Translations under genes and position numbers: made by a program | Assembly (NCBI GenBank): GCA_951406725.2 | Contig: OX597822.1 | Span: forward strand, 62,558,001 to 62,622,000 | From: Octopus vulgaris | Lineage: Eukaryota | Length of the DNA stretch: 64,000 nucleotides | Reading direction: 5' to 3' | Part shown: piece by piece, positions 50,075 through 64,000 of the stretch | Layout: each line of letters opens with the position of its first letter | Position numbering within the stretch: the first letter of the stretch is position 1 | The notes under the pieces: generated by a model | Told to the model about the DNA's origin: nothing | Databases searched by the model: none | What the model saw: only the letters and a program-made list of their open reading frames with translations

Positions 50075-51200
50075 AGAGCTCTAACTAGACCGCTTCAAAT
50101 CCTTTTCCAGGAGTCCCTCAGGATGAGAAAACTCCCCAAAAGACTAAAAGATAATATGCCCTATCCATAAGGGAGGAAGCAGGGCAGAGGCTAGGAATTA
50201 TAGACCTGTCTATCTGACCTTCCACCTCAGTAAAGTAATGGAGCGCATTGTCAGGAAAAGACTGATTGAGTTCCTTGAGGACAATTACCTGCTCTCTGAC
50301 AACCAACATGGCTTCAGCCCAGGAAGGAGCTGTCTTACGCAGCTTCTGCGATACTATGACTGGGTACTGAAGCAATTAATGAACTGCTCAAAAGTGGATG
50401 TGATATACCTCGACTTTGCGAAGGCATTTGACAAGGTCGACCATGGAATGATATGCCACAAATACGGCATCACAGGTAAAGTCGGAGAGTGACTGCATGA
50501 TTTCCTAAAGGACAGGAGCCAAGCTGTAACAGAGATACCAATAACGAGTGGAGTGTCATAGGGCACTGTGCTGGAGCCACTGCTTTTCATGGTAGCCCTA
50601 TCGGATATGCCATCAGTGACAGAGGCAGTCATGCTTGCCAGCTATGCCGACGATACAAAGGTCGCACAGTCAGTCAAGGAAACCTCTGATGCTACGCTCT
50701 TACAGAAAGATCTATATGCCATCTATACATGGGCTGAGGATAACAATATGCAACTGAATGCAAGTAAATTCTAGGCCCTCCGCTACCAGTTAAGTACTGC
50801 TCGGGAATCACGACATCAGTACGTTGGACCAAGTGGTACAACGATCCCAGAATCAAATAAGGTCCGTGATCTTGGAACAGAAATGAGCAACAATGCCCCA
50901 TTTCATACACATATCAACGAAATGGTGGCAGCATCCAGAAGACTGGCTGGTTGGATTCTGAGAACCTTCTGGACAAGGGACCAAGAAACTATGATGACAC
51001 TATGGAAGTAATCTATTCTTAGCCGACTGGACTACTGCTCTCAGCGATGGTCACCTTATACTATAATGACGACAGCAGAGCTTGAAGCAGTCGAACGACA
51101 TTACACAAAGAAAATTGCATCAATGGAACTATTGAGCTACTGGGACAGGCTGAAAGAGCTGTGACTCTATTCCCTGGAACGAAGGCGGGAGAGGTATGCA

Positions 51201-51267
<67 letters not shown>

Positions 51268-51676
51268 AAGATAATGGAAGGACTGGTACCAAACTTTGGA
51301 ATAAAGAGCTATACCAGTCCACGAACAGGACGTCACTATGCTGTTCCCATTGTGCCGACTGTTTCATCTCGGGCAAGGACGATGTACTACATTAGCCTGG
51401 GTTTCAAGAGCCCATAGTTGTTTAACTGTCTGCCGAAGCATCTGAGGAGCTTCCATGCAGTGGATGTAGACGTTTTCAAACGTGAATTGGACCTCTGGCT
51501 CGCTGAGATCCCGGATGGGCTAATATCTAAGCAAGAAACTCAAAAGAGGGCAGTAGCATCGAACTCCATCCGTCGCCAAAAGCCACAAAGGTGGAAAGCG
51601 GAAAGATGATTACAATGGCGGTGCTCCAGCATGGCCACAGACATTGAACTGAAACATATAAAAGAATAAAAGAATG
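50075..51676 (+). mobile_element. CR1-like LINE 3' portion (RT pseudogene and 3' UTR), with (TA)n expansion at 51204-51265
   Basis: QHGFSPGRSCLTQLL, YLDFAKAFDKVDH, YADDTK; ends GGCGGTGCTCCAGCATGGCCACAG...CTGAAACATATAAAAGAATAAAAGAAT. Confidence 0.92.
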
Positions 51677-51724
51677 TACATATGTTTATATATGTTTATA
51701 TATATGTGAATATATATGTGAATA

Positions 51725-51782
<58 letters not shown>

Positions 51783-51847
51783 TTATAAATTTGTATATAT
51801 ATATATATATGTATATATATTTATGTATATACATTTATATATATATC

Positions 51848-51968
<121 letters not shown>

Positions 51969-51987
51969 ATATTTATATATATATATT

Positions 51988-52105
<118 letters not shown>

Positions 52106-52166
52106 TGTATGTATGTATGTATGTATGTATGTATGTATGTACGTATGTATGTATGTATATGTGTAT

Positions 52167-52480
52167 TAGAAAAAATGAGGTACTCAGAAATTCGGATGGT
52201 TTTATATTTACAGATATTTATTTGTATATTACATGTTTTTATACATCATATATCATATATCAGCGCTTTCGTCCACGCTAGTGGAGTTTTCAGATTCATC
52301 TAAGTTCTTGTGGGAAAATTTGACTATTTTTATAGTGCTATTGAGTGTGTAGTTGTGGGGGAGGGATATGAAATAGCACAAGAGGGTGATGAATGGGGAC
52401 AAGGTGAGAGAAAGCATGTTTGTGTGTGCGTGTGTGTTTTTGTATCTGAAAACGGTGTTAAAGAAAAAAAAGGGAATGAA
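52167..52480 (-). mobile_element. Probable Penelope-like terminal fragment with decayed hammerhead fold (52255-52299)
   Basis: Minus ATGAAT CTGAAAA C-TCCAC-TAGC-GTGGA-C GAAA GCGC TG ATATAT; G8 and the cleavage triplet are non-canonical. Confidence 0.45.
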
Positions 52481-52618
52481 GAAATATATATGTATACATA
52501 TTTCTATATATATATGTATATATATATATATACATATATATACATATATATATATATATACATGTATATATTATATACATTTATATATATATATATAGAT
52601 ATATATATATAAAGAGCT

Positions 52619-52696
52619 ATACCAGACCACGAACAGGACGTCACTATATATATATATATATATATATATAGTGACGTCCTGTTCGTGGTCTGGTAT
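52619..52696. repeat. Perfect 78-bp palindrome built from a CR1 fragment around (TA)13
   Basis: ATACCAGACCACGAACAGGACGTCAC (TA)13 GTGACGTCCTGTTCGTGGTCTGGTAT. Confidence 0.95.
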
Positions 52697-52953
52697 GCAT
52701 GTGTACACATACATGTATACACATACATACATACATGAATACATACATACATACATAAATACATACACACACACATACATACGTACATATCATGAACTGT
52801 TACTTTCTCAGATGCAGCACGAAGTTTTGAAGTTTTGTCGCGATCTCAAAGCGACGAAAATATTTTGCCAAGTTAAATTTAAATGTTGAAGTGAATGTAA
52901 CGGTTCTGTGTATTTCTTAAATGGCTTATAAACACCTTTCAAGCTGCAATTGT

Positions 52954-52991
<38 letters not shown>

Positions 52992-53076
52992 ACGGGAAGC
53001 TTTATGAAAATAGAGAAAAGACGAAGGCAGGTGGAAAACAAACAAACAATTGTATTAGTATTATTTATATATATAT

Positions 53077-53217
<141 letters not shown>

Positions 53218-53626
53218 TTATTTATATATATATATATATTTATTATATATATATATATATATATATTTATTATATATATATACATATTTATTATATATAT
53301 ATATATACATATTTATTTATATATATATATACATATTTATTTATATAGATATATATATACATATTTATATTATATATATATATATACATATTTATTTATA
53401 TATATATACATATTTATATTTATTATATATATATATACATATATATATATATACATATTTATTTATATATATATATAATATTTATTTATATATATATACA
53501 TATTTATTTATATAGATATATATATATACATATTTATTTATTTATATATACATATTTATTTATATAAATATATATACATATTTATTATATATATATATAC
53601 ATATTTATTATATATATATATATATT

Positions 53627-53719
<93 letters not shown>

Positions 53720-53757
53720 CATACATATTTATATATATATATATATATATATACATA

Positions 53758-53825
<68 letters not shown>

Positions 53826-53834
53826 AGATATAAG

Positions 53835-53872
<38 letters not shown>

Positions 53873-54104
53873 TATATATATATATGCATACATGCATTTA
53901 TGTATGTAGGTGTTACATTATAATGTGTTTGTATGCGAAAATAAATTAGCTGAAATATTTACAAATCTAAATTGAGATATATGGACATCATACGTGACAA
54001 ATTATGTTCAAATCAAATGACAGAAAACAGGTGTGAACGAAAGTTTTGCCAAATCCTATGTTATTGTAGATTTAATTGAATATTTGCTGACTAGTCTTTT
54101 ATTA

Positions 54105-54496
54105 ATTTTATTTGTTTAATTCATTTGACTGCTGCTATTCTGGAGCACAGTCTTTAGTCGAGCTAACTGACTCTAAGAATTATTCATTGTAAGCCTAGTA
54201 CTTATTTTATCGGTGTCTTTTTGCCGACCCACTAGGTTACGAGGACGTAAACACTCAAGTATCTGTTTCCAAGTAATGTTCGTGGAACAGACGTACAAAC
54301 ACACTCACACACGCATATACACATTCATATATATTTATAGGACGGGCTTCTTTCTACCAAATCCACTCACAAGGCTTTGCTCGGACCGAGTCTATAGTAG
54401 AAGACACTTACCCAATGTGACACGCAGTTGGACTGTACCTGGAACCATGTGGTTGGGAAGTAAGCTACTTACCACCACACAACCATCCTGCGCCTA
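54105..54496 (-). mobile_element. Diverged SINE-B
   Basis: CATTTGACTGC...CTGGAGCAC...AATCCACTCACAAGGCTTTG...GGAACCATGTGGTTGG...CCTGCGCCT. Confidence 0.85.
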
Positions 54497-54557
54497 TATA
54501 TACGTTATATAAATATATTTCTATTATGTTTCTGCATTTGATATATATATATATATC

Positions 54558-55762
54558 TTGGCATAGTTGGCATAGTTGGAAAATTAGGAGAATGGCTTCA
54601 TGACTTTCTGAAGAATAGAAGTCAGGTGGTAACAGCCAATGGGGCCACTTCCATTAACACGCAAATAGTGTGCGTTGTTCCGCAGAGCACTGTTTTGGGA
54701 CCACTACTGTTCATAATGGCCCTCTCAGACATGCCCTCCCCCACGCAGAGAGCCACGATTACAAGTTATGCAGATGATACAAAAGTTTCACAGGCAATAC
54801 AGAACCCTGAGGACACTAAGCACCTGCAATGTGAGCTGGACGAAATATACAAGTGGGCTGAAAAGAATAGCATGCAGTTCAATGCTGAAAAGTTTCAAGC
54901 TTTATACTATCAGCATGCAAAACTGAATGCAATACCCAATGAATACACTGGACCCGGAGGGATTGCAATCCCAGAGGCACAATCAGTGCGTGACCTGGGT
55001 ATTCACATGAGTGATGACGCGACCTTTCATGTACATGTTGCTAAACTGGCAATGAAATGCAGACGGCTGGCTGGATGGATTCTTAGAACCTTCAGAACAA
55101 GAGAACAAGAAACCATGATGGTCCTCTGGAAGACACTTGTCCTAAGCCACTTTGACTATTGCTCTCAGCTATGGTCACCATCCAGTGTCACGATGATCAC
55201 AGAACTTGAGGCGATCCAACGAAGCTACACGAAGAAGATAGCATCTGTGCAGCATATGAGCTACTGGGAAAGACTCAAGAGATTAAAGCTCTATTCCCTG
55301 GAGCGTAGGCGAGAAAGATATGCCACAATATATATCTGGAAGATCCTGGAAGGACTTGTCCCAAACTTTGGCATCTAGAGTCACACAAATGCCAGAACCG
55401 GGCGCCACTGCATAGTACCAAGGACTCCAAATTTGCCATCAAGATGTAGGACAAGATATTGTGATAGCCTGGGCTTCAGAGGCCCACAGCTCTTCAATAT
55501 CCTCCCAAAGAACCTCAGGGACCTGCATGGTGTAGATGCGGATGTCTTTAAAGTAGGACTGGACCTCTTCCTGTCAGGTGTCCCGGATGAACCAACTTCA
55601 CGGCAGGAGGTGCAGATGAGGGCAGCTGCATCGAACTCTCTCATGCATCAGATGGCGTTTGCTAAAAAGCATCCGTGAGGTAAAATCGTGTAGCAAACAA
55701 TATGGCGGTGCCCCAGCATGGCCACAGCTCATTAGCTGAAAATGGAAAAATCAAAATCAAAA
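54558..55762 (+). mobile_element. CR1-like LINE 3' portion, relatively young (250-aa open frame)
   Basis: VPQSTVLGPLLF, YADDTK, RDLG, AGWILRTF, YWERLKRLKLYSLERRRERY; one stop at 55376-55378; 3' UTR GGCGGTGCCCCAGCATGGCCACAG. Confidence 0.93.
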
Positions 55763-55883
55763 TCATATATATACAGATAGATAGATAGATAGATAGATAA
55801 ATACATATATATACACACACACACACACACCTGTATATGTATGTATATATACATATATATTTATATATATATGCATGTATGTG

Positions 55884-55959
<76 letters not shown>

Positions 55960-55960
<1 letters not shown>

Positions 55961-56705
55961 TTTACAAAATAAGGGCAAAAGAAGTAAGTATTTCACTTAT
56001 ATCTCACGTATTTATCGCTGAAGAGGGGAACATTCTTATGAATTAACCCCGAAATTGGGACCAATGCGGTAATAACGGATTCTTTAGAAATTTCTATCGG
56101 TTTGTTTCGAGACGCATAAATTATAATGGTTACTCTTTACTCTTTTACTCTTTTACTTGTTTCAGTCATTTGACTGCGGCCATGCTGGAGCACCGCCTTT
56201 AGTCGAGCAAATCGATCCTGGGACTTATTCTTTGTAAGCCCAGTACTTATTCTATCGGTCTATTTTGCCGAACCGCTAAGTGACGGGGACGTAAACACAC
56301 CAGCATCGGTTGTCAAGCAATGCTAGGGGGACAAACACAGACACACAGACACACAAACACATATACACACACACATATATATATATACATATATACGACA
56401 GGCTTCTTTCAGTTTCCGTCTACCAAATCCTCTCACAAGGCATTGGTCGGCCCGGGGCTATAGCAGAAGACACTTGCCCAAGATGCCACGCAGTGGGACT
56501 GAACCCGGAACCATGTTGTTGGTTAGCAAGCTACTTACCACACAGCTACTCCTGCGCCTATTTTTGTCTTTTTTTCGGCATATTTGGCATTAGAATTTTT
56601 CTTTTGCCCTTATTTTGTAAATTATTTATAAATTTAACCTTTAAAGGTATTTTTTGATATGCTGGCCATTGATAAAAAATTTTTCCCGAAAAAAATATCC
56701 TACAT
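55960..56705 (+). mobile_element. Penelope-like terminal fragment with hammerhead fold (56012-56072), split by SINE-B
   Basis: TTATCG CTGAAGA GGGG...CCCC GAAA TTGG-GA-CCAA TG CGGTAA; inverted 23-mer TTTACAAAATAAGGGCAAAAGAA (55961) / TTCTTTTGCCCTTATTTTGTAAA (56599). Confidence 0.62.
56130..56559 (-). mobile_element. Full-length young SINE-B
   Basis: Near-exact reverse complement of 12827-13260 with (TTTTACTC)n tail repeats. Confidence 0.93.
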
Positions 56706-56823
56706 TAGTTATATATATATATATATATATATATATAACATGTACACATATATGTGTTTATGTGTGTGTGTGTGTGTGTGGCATGGCCGCAGCAGTCTGT
56801 AGGCTGAAACAGATAAAGAATAA

Positions 56824-57000
56824 TACGGGGTCTGATCAATAAATACCAGGAATGCTGCCATAGTAACGAAGCAAAAGGATGCAGAATGAAGCCACTTGGC
56901 AAAGATCGCCCTTGATCTCTGTTGTGCATGCGCACTACGTTCGAACGTTCTAGCTCACTTCTGCTGTTTACAGCAGTGCTTCGAAAGGAGGTTTCAGCTT
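56824..57000 (+). mobile_element. Probable mariner-type terminus fragment
   Basis: Begins TA|CGGGGTCTGATCAATAAATA, resembling mariner TIRs; no partner TIR seen. Confidence 0.4.
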
Positions 57001-58597
57001 CCTTACTATAGCAACAGTCCAGATATTTATTGATAAAACCACGTATGTATACATACCATGAAACGCTAGGAATAATGAGGGGTGAAGGTATTTATAACCA
57101 CTTAGCATTCTTAGAGTTACGACCGTTTCGCAATCTCCCTTGTAGTAAAAATTAGAAGGTAGAATTTTGTTTGCATGTTTTCAAAAATATGCATGATATG
57201 AAATTGTATGAACACAAATGAATGCAAATAAAGAAAGGTAGCTCATCAGATCACCAAAACATCGTGGATATACTAATGATGTGTGTATACTCTAAATATA
57301 CACACAAAATTTTCTCTTTACATATAAATTGAATGATGTACTAGATGAAATTAGCTTGGTATGGTCAGAAAAATTATATACATATATTGGTAGGTGGATA
57401 CGTACCGACGTACTTCATATTTTGTTTCCGTCATTGCTCCGCGGCCATACCGGGAAACTGTCTCGAAGTATTTACTTGAACATATAGTTCTAAGTTTATT
57501 TTTTTAATTTCTAAACGTGTAGTTTTTCATGCTCCCACGAAATTAAGACTAAAGAAGTTACGTGACTTTAATATTTGAAATGTATTTCAGTCAATAAGTT
57601 GCGATCATTTTCCAAGTAAAAATTGACGGCCAATCGCCATTTGTTATTTTATTTGTTTGTTTGTTTATTTATTTATATATTTATTTATTTTGAGTTACCT
57701 GTGTAAAGATGAAAAGTGATGAAATCAACATCTTTTCTTATAATAACACCGGCAATATCCAATGTAAAGAACTGGTGCCGCTGAAGTACGAATATCCTGT
57801 CTGTAGCAGATTGTCCTAAAAGAAAATAACTGATGCCATTAAAATAGCAAAAACAACCACGTGACCCAGACTGATTATCGGAGGCCTACACAACTGAAAG
57901 TCGTTTTTAAAATTTCTTTTACATTGTCCCCACTCTCATTACGAAAATCTAATTTGGATGTGTTTTAGGATCTGGAAAAGAAGAGGAGAAGGAGAAAAGA
58001 AGAAGAGAGAATGAAAGATGATAATAGAAACTGTTAGTAATGTGGAGCTATGTCAATCTGTTATTATCTGACTATCTATTTATCTATCTATCTATTTAAT
58101 GAAAGAAATTAATAATAAATACGTAACACCTTTTTAAAGCTGGAAAACATTTAATGAAAGAAAGTGAAACAATACAACGAATTAACTTACGAACAGTGTA
58201 ATTGGTAAACTACGACAATAATACCTTGTACAAATAAACGGAGTAAATACCAAAACACAATAAACTCAAATTTTATAATACATACAGGAAACAGAACAAC
58301 ATCATTGACTATGATTTCCACAAAAATGAGTTGGTAAAATTCTATTGAATATCAATGAGTTACAAAGGCAGTGATTCGTAAACATACCCGATACGTTCAC
58401 TTTGTTGTCTATAATCATCTGAAAATGTAGTAAATTGGTTATAACTGAAACAACAATATCCTTCAAATTGGATCATATTTCGAGCGAGTAAAACTGAAGC
58501 CAAAAACAGCAGCCAAACGAACATAGGAATGATACAAATGACAACGACAAAGAAAAGCTATAAATCTTATTTTAGGAATTATAAAGATTTCTAAAGG

Positions 58598-58880
58598 CTT
58601 GCCTGTGTTGTTAAGAAACTCACTTCGCAACCACGTGGTTTCTACTTAAGTTCCACTGCGCCACATCGAGGGCAATTGTCTTCTGCTATAGCCTCAGGCT
58701 GTGTGTGTGTGTATGTGTGTGGGTGCGCGCGTGTAGAACAAACGTAATGCTGGTTTGTTAGAGTGCCCGAAAGCTGTGGTCCGGCAAAACGAGAACGATA
58801 GAATAAGTACCACAACAAATTCCCCAAGACGGTGGCCCAGAATAACCGCAGTCCGATGACTGAACCAAGTAAACAATAAG
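58598..58880 (+). mobile_element. Diverged SINE-B
   Basis: CAACCACGTGGTTT...CCACTGCG...GGGCAATTGTCTTCTGCTATAGCC...CGATAGAATAAGTAC...CCGCAGTC...TGACTGAA. Confidence 0.75.
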
Positions 58881-59634
58881 TGATAATCTATTTAGTTGTG
58901 ACCACTTCTTCCTGAAAGCTGATATATCCACGAATGAATTCTTCTCCCGCACACACACATACACACACACTCACACGCACACACACACACACATAAACGA
59001 ACTCACATATGAAATGAATTTGTTCTAAATGGGTTGACTGAGACAATAACACTTACCACACAGCACCAGATAATTATCACAAAACACATATAAAAGAATC
59101 CTTATAGTTTCTTTATTATCAATGAAAAATATTTTGAAGCAGTTACCTGAAAGCTGACAAAACGTTCAAAGTTACCTCCTGTATAATATCCTTCAAGAAG
59201 AAACGATGACGCCACGTTATTCTACGCACATGTGTTCCGTCTCCCATTTCAAATCATACGAGGAAGTGTTTTGTGAGATTTAGGTGAACCTCTATACAAA
59301 TTCACAATTCTAAGTTCTATACAATTTTACCACATAAATTCTATCAGATAGAAAGTCATTAATTTCACATCATTTTACAAGATGGAAAATGACAATGGTG
59401 TATGAATGTCTACTTAGCAATGGAAAATAACTGTAATGTGGAACAATTAGCTGAAAAGATGAAGAATTAAACGAACTCGAATTTCAGGGGGAGAAAATAT
59501 AAGATATTTTGATATCGAGGTAATGTGTCCGTCATAAAATAATTGACACAATTGAAATGATACACAATGGTATTCTCAAACATCATTTATTTAACGTTGA
59601 ACATTTTCTAGGCATTTTTCCAAGATGTATTTAA

Positions 59635-61085
<1,451 letters not shown>

Positions 61086-61914
61086 GTAGCGAATATTTTT
61101 AGAAATATCACCACCAGTGGCCTAGCATGTATAAATAGTCAATCGACAATATATTCTCAATATAAAATAGTATACATTTAAGCACAAAAGAAAACTACAT
61201 TCAACAGGTAATTTTTACACGCTAGAAGACGCATTCAAATCGACCAAAACCACAATTAATAGCAATTTTCGAAGGGAATGAAAAATAAAAACTTCTGCCT
61301 TGTTATTTTTTGCGGTTATACCTAGGTTTTAAATTTCTTTAGCAAATAAAATAATTTGCTAGGCGAATTCTCATCAGTAACCGTGCCTTAACAACTAACT
61401 TATAATTCAGAGACAAATGACACGTGTCTCATCATTATATGTTATAATTTTAATGATGAGGCGCGTTGCTGTTTCTGTTGTTGATCGTAGTGGAGATTTG
61501 GTTACTTGTTCTAGCAGGTCCATGCTTTCTCGTTCTTAATACCTATGTAACTTCCAAAGGTATTATGGATATGGATATATTTATTGTTGCTATTGTTTAA
61601 GCCCAAATCAACCCTGACTGAGTTTCATCCTTATATTGTACAGAGTCGTTGTTGTAAATGCAGCTGTTAGAATTCTGCAGTTCTCTTTGTTCCAATATTA
61701 TATGTTATCACTATTACTGTTGATGAAGTTCATGTTTGAGTTGCTGTTCTGTCTATTTATATTCATTTAAGGACTTCCCTTTGCACACGTGTCTGTACGT
61801 ATCTGTGTGTTTCTATAACTATCTATCTATCTATCAATCTATCTAGCTATCTATCTTCCATCCGTCGCTCTCTCTCTCTCTCTCTCTCTCTCACTATATA
61901 TATATATCCCTCCC

Positions 61915-61961
<47 letters not shown>

Positions 61962-61964
<3 letters not shown>

Positions 61965-62123
61965 TTCAGGCGTGTCTGTGTGGTAAGAAGCTTGATTCCC
62001 AACCATGTGGTTCTGGGTTCAGTCCCACTGCGTGGCACGTTGGCCAAGCGTCTTCTACTATAGTCTCGGGTTGACCAAAACCTTATGAGAGGATTTGGTA
62101 CGCAGAAACTGAAAGAAGCCCGT

Positions 62124-62171
<48 letters not shown>

Positions 62172-62432
62172 GACATATATATGTGTATGTATATGTGTGT
62201 AATTTTGTGTGTATGTGTATGTGTGTGTTTGTCCTCCCACCATCGTTTGGCAATCGGATTTGGTTTATTTGAGTCCCCCGTAACTTAGCAGTTCGGCAAA
62301 AGAGATCGAAAGAATAAGTACTAGGTTTACGAAGAATAAGACCTAGGGTCGATTTCAACTAAAACTCTTGAAGGCACTACTCCAGCATGGCCGCAGTCAA
62401 CACCTGACTGAATCAAGTAAAAGAATAAAAGA
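61962..62432 (+). mobile_element. Full-length SINE-B
   Basis: Head CTGTGTGGTAAGAAGCTTG...GGGTTCAGTCCC, internal (TA)n, tail CTCCAGCATGGCCGCAGTC...AAGTAAAAGAATAAAAGAAT. Confidence 0.9.
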
Positions 62433-62491
62433 ATATATACCAAAGGATATACACACACACACACACACACACGCACACACACACACACATG

Positions 62492-62629
62492 TAGGAGTGG
62501 CTGTGTGGTAAGTAGCTTGCTTATGAACCACATGGTTCTGGGCTCAGTCCCACTGCGTGACACCGTGGGCAAGTGTCAATAGCATTGTGAGTAGATTTGG
62601 TAGACGGAAACTGAAAGAAGCCCGTTGTA

Positions 62630-62728
<99 letters not shown>

Positions 62729-62900
62729 TTGTGTGTCTGTGTTTGTCACCCCCAACATCAACTTAGCATTTCTGTCAAAAGAGAGCGAATAGAATAAGTA
62801 CTAGGCTTACAAAGAATAAGTCCTGGGGTCAATTTGCTCGACTAAAGGCGGTGCTCCAGCATGGCCACAGTCACATGACTGTAACAAGTAAAAGTATAAA

Positions 62901-62902
<2 letters not shown>
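62492..62902 (+). mobile_element. Full-length SINE-B with small deletions
   Basis: AGGAGTGGCTGTGTGGTAAGTAGC...GGCGGTGCTCCAGCATGGCCACAGTC...AAGTAAAAG. Confidence 0.9.
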
Positions 62903-62935
<33 letters not shown>

Positions 62936-63494
62936 CAATTATATACACACAAACGCACGCATATGTTATTGTTGTTGTTGTTGTTTTTGCTGTTGTTGTT
63001 GTTGTGGTTGTTGTTGTTGTTGCACGTGGTTGTGGCTGCTGCTGTTGTTGTCATCTTTGATTCTGTCATTGTCAGTGATGAAGTAGTCGCAGTTATTAAT
63101 GGCGTTACTGCCTTTGTTATTCCTTCTGGAACTACTTCCACCATTACTCCTGTAGCTGCTATTGTTGCGTTTATCGTCCTCTTTTGTTATTGTTGTCACT
63201 GATATTGATCTTGTTGTTGCCGTCGTTGTCTTCACTATTGTTAGTTTCTACAGTTGCTGTCTCTTTCGTAGTTGTGGCTATAAACGCAATTGCTGTTCTT
63301 GCGTAGCTCAAATTGTGCCCACTGCTGCTGCTACAATGGCAGCAACGGTGGCAGAGAAGAAAGGACGAGAAAGACAAGGGTGAGGAGGAGCAAGTTGAAG
63401 CGAAATTAGAAGAGGAAGACAAAGGTGAGAAGAAATGGGTGACAAACAACATAAAGCAACAAATAAAAAAAAAATATATATATATAAAAAGAAA

Positions 63495-63547
63495 TGAAGA
63501 AGATAAAGAAGAAGAAGAAGAAGAAGAAGAAGAAGAAGAAGATGATA

Positions 63548-63590
<43 letters not shown>

Positions 63591-63850
63591 TGATAAAGAA
63601 GAAGAAGAAGAGGAAGAAGAAGATGATAAAGAAGAAGAAGAAGAAGAAGAAGAAGAAGAAGAAGAAGAAGATGATGATGATGAAGAAGAAGAAGATGATG
63701 ATGAAGAAGAAGAAGATGATGATGAAGAAGAAGAAGATGATGATGAAGAAGAAGAAGATGATGATAAAGAAGAAGAAGATGATGATGAAGAAGAAGAAGA
63801 TGATGATAAAGAAGAAGAAGAAGATGATAAAGAAGAAGAAGAAGAGATAA
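63495..63850. repeat. (GAA)n/(GAT)n compound microsatellite
   Basis: Seen directly; gives spurious poly-E/D, poly-K, poly-F and poly-L ORFs. Confidence 0.95.
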
Positions 63851-63943
63851 CAACCAGCCTTCACAAGACGAAGAAAACAAGAGAAGACGAAGAAAACGGA
63901 GGAGACAAGAAAAGAGAGAACACAGTTAAGATTATGTATCTTT

Positions 63944-64000
63944 AATACTGGTTTCAAATTTTGGCACAGGGTCGGCGATTTCGGAGGAGGGGTAAGTAGA
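63944..64000 (-). mobile_element. SINE-A tail B, cut by the window edge
   Basis: AATACTGGTTTCAAATTTTGGCACAGGG...TTTCGGAGGAGGGG matches tail B of the other monomers. Confidence 0.7.

Noticed and set aside
52820-52870. Possible hammerhead (GTCGC/GCGAC stem followed by GAAA)
   Set aside because: No recognisable CUGANGA core or stem I.
63313-63945. 210-aa acidic ORF and overlapping poly-K/F/L ORFs
   Set aside because: Pure (GAA)/(GAT) microsatellite open in several frames on both strands; no domain or splice context.

Overview
AT-rich, microsatellite-dense eukaryotic DNA whose SINE and LINE content looks like a coleoid cephalopod, most likely Octopus (inferred from recalled repeat families, not from a search). 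I recognise no intact host protein-coding gene, so the window is probably intergenic or deep intron; most listed ORFs are translations of microsatellites or SINEs. The window is a mosaic of decayed mobile DNA: two abundant tRNA-headed SINE families (here SINE-A and SINE-B) plus minor SINEs; CR1-like (3 copies), Tx1/L1-like (2), R4/Dong-like (2) and RTE-like LINE remnants; a Penelope-like GIY-YIG fragment; a Gypsy pol relic; mariner, hAT and Helitron relics. Three things stand out. (1) Head-to-tail SINE-A arrays have six junctions at exactly the same nucleotide in the tRNA-like head, and the nested units end in a tail matching the 3' end of the Tx1-like LINE in this window, suggesting a self-targeting SINE/Tx1 pair. 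(2) About nine hammerhead-ribozyme folds occur in Penelope-like terminal repeats, including a U3-A8 core variant and a long-stem-II pair. (3) SINE-B shares its tail with the CR1-like LINEs, and its internal microsatellite repeatedly receives insertions. All calls are by eye; boundaries of decayed elements are approximate.
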